From NCBI GenBank assembly GCA_050247235.1, contig JBFWUN010000012.1:16514-80513 (forward strand): DNA of 64,000 nucleotides, in the 5' to 3' direction. This DNA is from Gammaproteobacteria bacterium. GTDB taxonomy: Bacteria > Pseudomonadota > Gammaproteobacteria > Ga0077536. The notes beneath the pieces were generated by a model that was not told where the DNA came from, made no database searches, and was given only the letters and a program-made list of their open reading frames with translations. Position numbers and translations under genes: made by a program. This document shows positions 56,506 through 64,000 of the stretch, in pieces (position 1 is the first letter of the stretch; each line of letters opens with the position of its first letter).

Positions 56506-58110
56506 TCAGCGCGCGCCGTGGCGCAGTGCCAGCACCGCACCCGCGCCGTCCGCGCCGATCAGCAGGGCGCCATCCGGCGCCACGGCGAGATCCGCAAATG
56601 GCAGCAACGGCCCCGGCATGACATCTGCGATCCCCGGCAGCGCTTTCGGCACCACGCCGGGCGCGGCGCCCACCGGCAGGTTCGACACGATGATGTCGCA
56701 CACCCCGTCCGCCGTGCGCCGGGAGACCGTGCGGCCGGCGCGATCCAGCACGCAGACCTCGCCGTTTGAGCAGGCCACCCCATGCGGTTCCTGCAGCCCC
56801 CCGATCACTTCACTCACTTCACCGTTCGCCACGTGGACCACGCGCCCGCCCGTGGCTTCGGACACGAAGCAGCCGCCGTCGGCAGCCACCGCGATCCCGG
56901 TGGGCGCGTGCAGCCCGCGCGCGAGTTCGGTGACGCGCCCCTCCGGCGTGATCGCGAGCACGCGTCCGGCGTCGCGCTCACACACGAGCACCCGGCCGTC
57001 GGCGGCGATCGCGAGCCCGGTCGGCTGCGCGAGCGACGTTGCGAGCGTGACCGTTTCTGCCCCGGCGCGCATGCGTGCGACGGTGCCGGCGCTCGTCGCG
57101 ATGAAACAGTGGTCACCGGCCACCGCCACCGCGCGTGCGAAGCCCGGGAACTCGTGGTTCACGAGCAGCGCGGGGCGTGCGGTGACACGGCCCGCGTGCA
57201 CCACCGCGAGGCTCATGCCGTCGGCGACGTGGAGCGTGCCGTCCGGCGCGCACGCGATCCCGAACGGCCCCAGCAGGCCGGCCGCGACGAGCACACGCTC
57301 GCGCCCGTCCGGCAGGATCTCGGCGACTCCACCGTCCGTGAAATGCGACACGAACAGCCGCCCATCCGGGGTGAACGCGAAGTTGTCGATGCCCGGCCGT
57401 ACGTGCGCGATCACATGCCGCGTGCGCGCCACCGGATCGATGCGCGTGATCTCGCCCGAACCCGCTTCCACGGTGAAGAGCTCGCCGCGCGGGCTGAACT
57501 TCACCGCGGTGGGCAGCGCGAGTCCGCCCAGCACGATCTCCGGCGCGCCGCCCGCGACGGGTACACGCCAGATTTCGCCGTTCAGCACCTGCGGAAAGTA
57601 CAGGCAGTCATCCGGTCCGCGCGCGAGCGCGTTCGGCAGCGCCAGGTGTTCGGCGATCACGCGCGGCGCGCGCCCGTCCGGGTAGAGTTCCAGGATGCGG
57701 CCGTCTGGCCGGAATTCGTCCATGAAGATCCGATCGCCGTAGGCGGTGATGCCGTTCGCCACCGGCACGTCGCTCGCGACGACGCGCAGGGTGCCGTCCG
57801 GCAGCCGCGCGCTGACCCGTTCACTCATCACCTCGGTGATGTACATCACACCGCGGGTGTCGAACGCGAGATCGTCCGGCGCGACGACGGCGCTGCCCAC
57901 CGGTACCACGGTTTCCGGCGCGCCGGTCTCGCAATCGAGCGCGCTGACCTGGCTGCCGAAGGCCTGGGCGACGTACAGGCGCCCATCGGGGCCGACTTTC
58001 ATGCCGTTCGCGCCGAACAGCGCGCTCGGGCCGATCACCGCGTCGAGCGTCCAGCCGGCCGCGACGTCCGGTGCCTCACCGGTGGATGAGAGGTAGCGTC
58101 CGCTGTGCAT
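56506..58110 (-). CDS. SMP-30/gluconolactonase/NHL-repeat protein with two beta-propeller units
   Basis: Repeated blades ANGMKVGPDG, PDDLAFD, ANGITAYGD, PNALARGPD, DNFAFTPDG, PFGIACAPDG, PTGLAIAADG, PHGVA. Confidence 0.82.
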   Translation of the reverse strand: MHSGRYLSSTGEAPDVAAGWTLDAVIGPSALFGANGMKVGPDGRLYVAQAFGSQVSALDCETGAPETVVPVGSAVVAPDDLAFDTRGVMYITEVMSERVSARLPDGTLRVVASDVPVANGITAYGDRIFMDEFRPDGRILELYPDGRAPRVIAEHLALPNALARGPDDCLYFPQVLNGEIWRVPVAGGAPEIVLGGLALPTAVKFSPRGELFTVEAGSGEITRIDPVARTRHVIAHVRPGIDNFAFTPDGRLFVSHFTDGGVAEILPDGRERVLVAAGLLGPFGIACAPDGTLHVADGMSLAVVHAGRVTARPALLVNHEFPGFARAVAVAGDHCFIATSAGTVARMRAGAETVTLATSLAQPTGLAIAADGRVLVCERDAGRVLAITPEGRVTELARGLHAPTGIAVAADGGCFVSEATGGRVVHVANGEVSEVIGGLQEPHGVACSNGEVCVLDRAGRTVSRRTADGVCDIIVSNLPVGAAPGVVPKALPGIADVMPGPLLPFADLAVAPDGALLIGADGAGAVLALRHGAR

Positions 58111-58156
58111 GTGTGCTTCTCCCGCGTGGCCCGCGCAGCGGGCAGTTCGACGGAGC

Positions 58157-59863
58157 TTACGGCGACGGCGCGCGCGGCGCGACGTCTTCGCGGCGTGCGC
58201 CCGTCCCTGCGCCGCCGGTCCGCGACTCCGGTACCCGGTAATCCGCCGGCGCATTGAACTGGAACGGCGCGGCGAGCGCGGCGGCCACTGCCGGGTCCCG
58301 GCCGTAGAGATCGGCGCGGTAGTGCAGTGCGCCGTCGGGATCGGGAAACGCGGTCAGGTACAGCAGCAGGATCGGCAGCGGGCGCGCGAGGCGGATGCGC
58401 TGGCGTTTGCCGGAATCGATCGCCGTCGCGAGCGCGGCGGGGGACCACGCGGGATCGTCGGCCAGCAGGCGTTCGGCCAAGGTGAAGGGCTGCTCGAGAC
58501 GAATGCAACCCGAACTGAACGAGCGTGCCGGCAGCGCGAAGAGATCACGCGCGGGCGTGTCGTGCAGGTAAACCGCGTGGGCATTCGGAAACAGGAACTT
58601 GATCCGCCCGAGCGCATTGTCGGGACCGGGCGGCTGGCGCAGCACGTACGGGAACTGCCGCGCCGGCACCTGCCAGTCCACCATGGCGGGATCCACCGTG
58701 CGGCCGTTCCGATCGAGCACCTGCAGTTTCTTCTTCGCCAAGGTGCGCGGATCCCGCCGCTGCGCCGGCAGGATGTCCTGGGCAAGGATCGTCGGCGGCA
58801 CTGTCCAGGTGGGATTCAGCTCGATGACGTCTATCGCGGAGCGGAACGACGGGGTCCGCCGGTACGGCCGGCCGACGACCACGCGGGATTCCCACGTGAT
58901 CGTTCCGTGATCGAACAGCACGCCGTGGAACGCAGCGATGTTGATCGCCACGAACACCGGGTCGAGCGCGTGGAATATCCAGCGGATGCGTTCCAGGTTC
59001 ACGCGCAGGGTTTCCACGCGCGCAGCCGGCGGCGTGTTCAGCGCGGCGAGCGTCGCGCGTCCGACGATGCCGTCTTCGGCGAGCCCGTGTCGGCGCTGGA
59101 ACGCCTGGACGTCGGCAACGAGCGCCGGGTCGAACAGCTCGGGTTCCGCCACCGTCGCCGCGTCGGTGGGTCGCAGCCGCGCGCGCAGCGCGTTCACGCG
59201 CGGATCGCGTGCCCCGGGTTTCAGCGACGGTCCCGGCGGCAGCGCGATCCACGGTTCCGCCAGGCGCAGACGCTCTGCGGCCAGCGCGTCCTTCAACGCC
59301 TGGTAGTAGGGTGACTGCGGACGCAACGCCTCGAGCGCCTGCGCGGGATCGCCGGCGCCGATGGCATCACCGAGCCACGTCACCGGGTCGGCGTCACCGA
59401 ATCCGCGCGCGAAGTTCCAGTCCGGATCGAGCGCGCGCGGATTGGCCTTGCCGAAGCGCAGGCTGTACGCGAGCCGCGCGAGGCTTTCGCCAAGCACGAC
59501 TTCGAGGCGCGCGCGGTCCGCCGGGGCCAGCGTCGCATCGATCGGACGATCGGGCGTCGGGTAGTCGGCGGGGTCGAGTCCATCGTGCAGGCTCGCGGCG
59601 GCGGCGCGCACCAGCGCATCGCGCGTTTCGGCGCGCCACAGCGGCGCATAGTCGCGCGCGGCGTACAGTGCGCGCAGCACCGGGGCGGCGTGGATCGGCA
59701 CGCCGTACACCACGATGTGCGGCTGCGCCAGCAGGGCACGCAGCGCTGCGCGATCGGCTGCGTCGTCGGCAAGGCCCGCGGTCATCCAGGTGACGAGCCA
59801 CGCCGCGACGAGCAGGCGCAGGCATGCAAGCGCGTCGCGCAGGGCGGGTGGCGGCGGAGTCAT
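58157..59863 (-). CDS. L,D-transpeptidase YcbB/LdtD family (scaffold + PG-binding + YkuD)
   Basis: AFQRRHGLAEDGIVGRAT PG-binding; SRVVVGRP..RTP, LNPTWTVP, QPPGPDNALGRIKFLFPN, VYLHDTP...FSSGCIRL catalytic His/Cys. Confidence 0.92.
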   Translation of the reverse strand: MTPPPPALRDALACLRLLVAAWLVTWMTAGLADDAADRAALRALLAQPHIVVYGVPIHAAPVLRALYAARDYAPLWRAETRDALVRAAAASLHDGLDPADYPTPDRPIDATLAPADRARLEVVLGESLARLAYSLRFGKANPRALDPDWNFARGFGDADPVTWLGDAIGAGDPAQALEALRPQSPYYQALKDALAAERLRLAEPWIALPPGPSLKPGARDPRVNALRARLRPTDAATVAEPELFDPALVADVQAFQRRHGLAEDGIVGRATLAALNTPPAARVETLRVNLERIRWIFHALDPVFVAINIAAFHGVLFDHGTITWESRVVVGRPYRRTPSFRSAIDVIELNPTWTVPPTILAQDILPAQRRDPRTLAKKKLQVLDRNGRTVDPAMVDWQVPARQFPYVLRQPPGPDNALGRIKFLFPNAHAVYLHDTPARDLFALPARSFSSGCIRLEQPFTLAERLLADDPAWSPAALATAIDSGKRQRIRLARPLPILLLYLTAFPDPDGALHYRADLYGRDPAVAAALAAPFQFNAPADYRVPESRTGGAGTGARREDVAPRAPSP

Positions 59864-59937
59864 TACGGCCTTTATACTCAATCCGCTCCCGGGTGCGCGA
59901 CCCCGCGCGGGGGCTGCATTCCAAGCCGGGATCTCCC

Positions 59938-60471
59938 ATGCCAACAGCCAAGCTCTCGCGCCGCGCGTTCCTGCAGCTCGCCGTCGCGGCCGGTGCGACG
60001 TACGCGCTCCCGGCCTCCGCGGCGGCCGCGCCACGCCACCTGTCCTTTGCGCATACGCATACCGGCGAAACCCTCGCCCTCACGTACTGGCGTGATGGCC
60101 GCTACGATCCGATCGCGCTCAAAACCATCGATCACCTGCTGCGTGATCACCGTACGGGTGACATCCACGCCATCGAACCCCGACTGCTCGATTTCCTGTA
60201 CACCGTGCAGTGCACGCTGGACTGCGACGTGCCGTTCGAGGTGATCTCGGGCTATCGCTCGCCGGTCACCAACGAGATGCTCCACCGCTCGACCAGCGGC
60301 GTGGCGTCGCGCAGCCTGCACATGGACGGCCGCGCGATCGACGTGCGCCTGCCGGGTATCCGCACCGCGCGCCTGCGCGAGACCGCCGCGGCGTTGCGGC
60401 TCGGCGGCGTGGGGTTCTATCCCGATTCGGGTTTCGTGCACCTGGACACGGGGCGGGTACGCCAGTGGTGA
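59938..60471 (+). CDS. YcbK/MepK family (DUF882) Tat-exported M15 peptidase
   Basis: Tat motif LSRRAFL; HTHTGE, LRDHR, ISGYRSP, SLHMDGRAID, FVHLDTG. Confidence 0.9.
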   Translation: MPTAKLSRRAFLQLAVAAGATYALPASAAAAPRHLSFAHTHTGETLALTYWRDGRYDPIALKTIDHLLRDHRTGDIHAIEPRLLDFLYTVQCTLDCDVPFEVISGYRSPVTNEMLHRSTSGVASRSLHMDGRAIDVRLPGIRTARLRETAAALRLGGVGFYPDSGFVHLDTGRVRQW

Positions 60472-60486
60472 TCGCCGCGTGATCCG

Positions 60487-61473
60487 ATGACCGGCGCCGC
60501 CGCCGGGTTCCGCGCGGCCATGCGCGGCGCGCTGTTCGCCGCGGTGGCGGTACTGCTCGCGGGCTGCAGCGCGCTGCGCCTGACCTACGAACAGGGTCCG
60601 ACGCTTGCGTACTGGTGGCTGGACGGCTATGCCGATTTCGATCGCGCGCAGGCACGTGTTGTCCGGGGGGCGCTGCGCGAATGGTTCGCGTGGCACCGGC
60701 AGCGGGAACTGCCGGTGTGGCGCGCACTGCTCGACGATCTCGCCGACGCGCTGCCGCGGGACACCACGTCGCAGGCCGTGTGCGCGCTGGGGGACCGGAT
60801 GCGCGAGCGCGCCCAGGTCGCGTACGCCGCCGCCGTGCCGCCGCTCGCGGAGCTCGCGGTGACGATGCAGGCGCCCCAGCTCGCGCATCTCGCGCGTGAA
60901 TTCGACGAGCGCAACGACGAACTGGCGGAGGAATACCTGGAGGGATCGCCCGCGCGCCGTGCGAAGCGCCTGCGCAAACAGGCCGAGGAGGCGTTCGAGA
61001 CCTTGTACGGCCGTCTCGACCGCGCGCAGCGGGCGCGGCTCACCGCGTTGCTGCAGGACTCGCCGTTCGACCCCGCCCGCTGGCTCGCGGAACGGCGCGC
61101 GCGCCAGCGGGCACTGCTCGACGTGCTGCGCGGAATCTCCGCGGCAGGAGACGCCGACCCCGGAGAAATCGCCGTGCGCCTGGCGGCACTCGGGCGTGCG
61201 TTCGACGTCTCACCGCGCGCCGACTACCGCCAGTACTACCAGCGCGTGGTGGCCGCGAACTGCGCGCTGATCGCGGACATGCACGGGACGATGCGGCCGC
61301 GCCAGCGTGCGCGCGCGGTCCGCCGGATCGCGGGGTGGCGCGCCGACCTGGATGCCCTGCTCGGCGCCGCGGACGCGGCGGCGGCATCCGCGGTACCCGC
61401 TGCGGCGGTGGCGGCATTCCGGCCGACTGTCCGGCGCGCGATAATCAACGCGACAACCTTGGCCCGCAGATGA
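60487..61473 (+). CDS. Helical lipoprotein (DUF6279-like)
   Basis: Lipobox LLAG-C followed by LRLTYEQGPTLAYWWLDGYADF...WFAWHR..ELP. Confidence 0.72.
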   Translation: MTGAAAGFRAAMRGALFAAVAVLLAGCSALRLTYEQGPTLAYWWLDGYADFDRAQARVVRGALREWFAWHRQRELPVWRALLDDLADALPRDTTSQAVCALGDRMRERAQVAYAAAVPPLAELAVTMQAPQLAHLAREFDERNDELAEEYLEGSPARRAKRLRKQAEEAFETLYGRLDRAQRARLTALLQDSPFDPARWLAERRARQRALLDVLRGISAAGDADPGEIAVRLAALGRAFDVSPRADYRQYYQRVVAANCALIADMHGTMRPRQRARAVRRIAGWRADLDALLGAADAAAASAVPAAAVAAFRPTVRRAIINATTLARR

Positions 61474-61494
61474 CGCAACACGCGCACACTCCCG

Positions 61495-64000
61495 ATGACC
61501 GCGCAGGATGACCGTTCGCCGCCGGCGGATGCCGGTCGTTCGCTCGCGACGCTGCTCGGCGCCCTGCACCCGGCGCTGCACGAGAATCTCGCACTGTCCG
61601 TCACGGATCACGACGGCACCATCGTCGAGGTCAACGACGCGTTCTGCCGGCTTTGCGGTTTCGCGCGCGACGAACTGCTCGGCCGCAACCACCGCGTGCT
61701 CAAGAGCGACGCGCATCCGCCGGAGCACTTCCGGAACCTCTACGCCGTCCTCAACGCGAGCGAGACCTGGCACGGCATCTTCGAGAACCGGCACCGCGAC
61801 GGCACCCCGTTCTGGCTGAACGCGACGGTCATCCCGCTCGGTGAACGCCTGCTGCCGCACGGCGGCTACCTGCTGGTGGGCACCGATGTCTCGGCGCGCG
61901 AGCGCCAGCGCCTCGCCTACGAGGCGCTGGTCAACCCGGGAGAGGACGTCGACCTTTTCACCGGCATCGCGCGGGCGGTCACGCTCGGGCTGCAGTGTCT
62001 CGGTGCCGGTGTCGGGCGCTGGCGGGCCGACACCGGCCACATCGAACTCGTCGGCTACTGGAGCCGGGACGGTCGCCGCATGCCGGATCGTTACCCGCTG
62101 GCCGGTACGCCGTGCGAAACCGCGCTGTCACGACAGGCCGCCGTGACCCGCGTGGAGTCCGGGCTCGCGCAGCGTTTCCGGCTCGCCGAGGCCTTCATCG
62201 GCGCCGGGCTCGAAAGCTACTGCGGCGCACCGCTGTGCGCGGCCGACGGTCGCCTCATCGGCATCCTGTTCGCATGCGACGTACGACCCTGGCCCGCGGA
62301 TCCCAACGAGGACGCGTTCATCAAGGTGGCGGCGTCGCGTGCGTCGTCCGAGCTGCAGCGCGAGACGGCCGCCGCGATGATCCAGGCCGACGAGGCGCGC
62401 ATGCGCTTCGCGCTCGAGGCCGCCGCACTCGGCATGTGGGAATGGAACGTCGCGGAAGACACCTGGGTGTACAACGATCGCTGGGCCGAGATGCGGGGGT
62501 ATCGCCAGGGCGGGATCACGCCGGTCTTCGATGACTTCCACCCGGACGATGCCGTACGGCTGCGCGGCCTGAGCGAGGACCTGCTGGCGGGCCGCATCGA
62601 CGGCTACGAGATCGAATACCGCACGCCGCACCGATCCGGCGAGTATCGCTGGATCAACGCACGCACGCGCATCATGCAGCGCGCACCGGACGGTCGCCCG
62701 GCGCGCATCGTCGGCATCCAGCAGGACATCCACGATCGGCGGCTTGCCGAGGCGGCGGCGGAAGCCAACCGCCTGTGGCTGCAGCTTGCGATCGATGCGG
62801 CCGAACTCGGCCTGTGGGACTGGAACGGCATGACCGACGAGGTCACCTGGAGTCCGGGTTGCGCCACCATGCTGGGGTATCCCGTGGACGAACTGCCGCG
62901 TACGGCGCGCGACTGGGTCGTCATGAACCATCCGGACGATCAGCCGGACGTGGGGCAGCAGTTCCGCGCGCACATGCGCGGCGAGATCGACCAGATCCGC
63001 GCCGAGGTCCGCATGCGCGCGAAGGACGGCCGGTGGATATGGGTGCTGACGCAGGGACGCGCCATCGCGCGTGATCCGGACGGCCGCGTGCGCCGCGCGG
63101 TCGGCATCCACCTGGACATCAGCCGGCTGAAGGAAACGGAGCGCGCGCTGCGCGAGAGCGAGGCGCGGCTGCGGACGGTGGTCGACAACTCGCCCGTCGG
63201 GATCTATCTCGCGGACCCGGTCGGCACCATCGTCTACTGCAACCCGACGATCCTCGCGCTGCGCGGCGATGAACGCGCGGAAGATGCGTACGCGTGGGAG
63301 CACTTCGTGCACCCGGATGACCTCGCGCGCGTGCGCGCCGAGTGGCACCGGTTCCTGGTGCAGCCGGACGGGATCTACGACGTCGAGTGGCGCGCGACCG
63401 TGCCGGGTGGCGACCGCCGGATCCGGGTACGCGCGGCGCCGGTGCGTGAGCAGGACCGGATCGTCGGCTTCGCGGGCACGCTCGAGGACGTCACCGCGCA
63501 ACGCTCGGCCGAGGCGCGCCAGCGCGCGCTCGAACGCCAGCTCCAGCAGGCCCAGAAACTGGAGGCCATTGGCGCGCTGACAGGCGGCATTGCGCACGAC
63601 TTCAACAACAGCCTGGCGACGATTCTCGGCTTCGCGTCGCTCGCGCTGACCCGCACGGCGCGCGATGCCAAGCTCTCCGAGTACCTGAACAACATCGTGC
63701 AGGCGGCGGAGCACTCGCGCGATCTCGTGCGCAAGATGCTCGATTTCAGCCGGCGCCGGCCCGCCGGAGACTCCCGCGCGAGCGACGCGATGCAGGTGGT
63801 GCAGGACGCTGCGCGGATGCTGCAACCGGTGCTGCCGGCGACGATTCATTTCGCGATCGAAGCGCCCGGCGAACTGCCGGCCGTCGACATCGACCCGACC
63901 GACCTGCACCAGGTCATCGTGAACCTCGTGGTGAACGCGCGCGACGCGATCGCCGCGCACGGTCATATCGCATTGGCGCCGCGCCGGATCCGCGCTGACG
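61495..64000 (+). CDS. Multi-PAS/GAF sensor histidine kinase (probably hybrid), 3' truncated by window edge
   Basis: Not in the ORF track because it has no stop. Translation from ATG 61495 gives PAS (VTDHDGTIVEVNDAFC), GAF (SYCGAPL...LIGIL), further PAS domains, H-box QKLEAIGALTGGIAHDFNN (in frame at 63541) and N-box QVIVNLVVNARDA. Confidence 0.92.
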   Translation, partial: MTAQDDRSPPADAGRSLATLLGALHPALHENLALSVTDHDGTIVEVNDAFCRLCGFARDELLGRNHRVLKSDAHPPEHFRNLYAVLNASETWHGIFENRHRDGTPFWLNATVIPLGERLLPHGGYLLVGTDVSARERQRLAYEALVNPGEDVDLFTGIARAVTLGLQCLGAGVGRWRADTGHIELVGYWSRDGRRMPDRYPLAGTPCETALSRQAAVTRVESGLAQRFRLAEAFIGAGLESYCGAPLCAADGRLIGILFACDVRPWPADPNEDAFIKVAASRASSELQRETAAAMIQADEARMRFALEAAALGMWEWNVAEDTWVYNDRWAEMRGYRQGGITPVFDDFHPDDAVRLRGLSEDLLAGRIDGYEIEYRTPHRSGEYRWINARTRIMQRAPDGRPARIVGIQQDIHDRRLAEAAAEANRLWLQLAIDAAELGLWDWNGMTDEVTWSPGCATMLGYPVDELPRTARDWVVMNHPDDQPDVGQQFRAHMRGEIDQIRAEVRMRAKDGRWIWVLTQGRAIARDPDGRVRRAVGIHLDISRLKETERALRESEARLRTVVDNSPVGIYLADPVGTIVYCNPTILALRGDERAEDAYAWEHFVHPDDLARVRAEWHRFLVQPDGIYDVEWRATVPGGDRRIRVRAAPVREQDRIVGFAGTLEDVTAQRSAEARQRALERQLQQAQKLEAIGALTGGIAHDFNNSLATILGFASLALTRTARDAKLSEYLNNIVQAAEHSRDLVRKMLDFSRRRPAGDSRASDAMQVVQDAARMLQPVLPATIHFAIEAPGELPAVDIDPTDLHQVIVNLVVNARDAIAAHGHIALAPRRIRAD

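Overview
GC-rich bacterial chromosomal segment. Gene content (asmA-mutY-yggX near tRNA-Phe, argH/algZ-algR, rsd/algQ, ydbH-ynbE-ydbL, dksA) points to a Gammaproteobacterium. It holds about 52 protein genes, one tRNA-Phe(GAA) and a REPIN/MITE-like inverted repeat; I saw no transposase, integrase, prophage or CRISPR array. The functions covered are envelope biogenesis (YdbH/YnbE/YdbL, a long AsmA, L,D-transpeptidase/YcbK), DNA repair (MutY, an AddAB-like pair), global regulation (Lon, DksA, Rsd, AlgZ/AlgR, a Ser/Thr kinase), glycerol use (glpK-glpD) and an accessory catabolic-looking cluster (47.9-58.1 kb). Most notable observations: (1) an unannotated ~175-nt structured RNA candidate at 45212-45386 (long rod, GNRA hairpin, possible pseudoknot, terminator competing with a 5'/3' closing stem); (2) just downstream, a membrane protein with a catalytically degenerate GGDEF domain (intact RxxD I-site) fused to a metal-less cupin; (3) repeated TANNNT-N6/7-ATG starts with no Shine-Dalgarno, suggesting frequent leaderless mRNAs; (4) an AbfD/HpaB-fold enzyme lacking the Fe-S ligands, paired with an acyl-CoA dehydrogenase; (5) a Baeyer-Villiger monooxygenase splitting the ydbH-ynbE-ydbL operon. 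All family calls come from motif recognition by eye; no searches were run.
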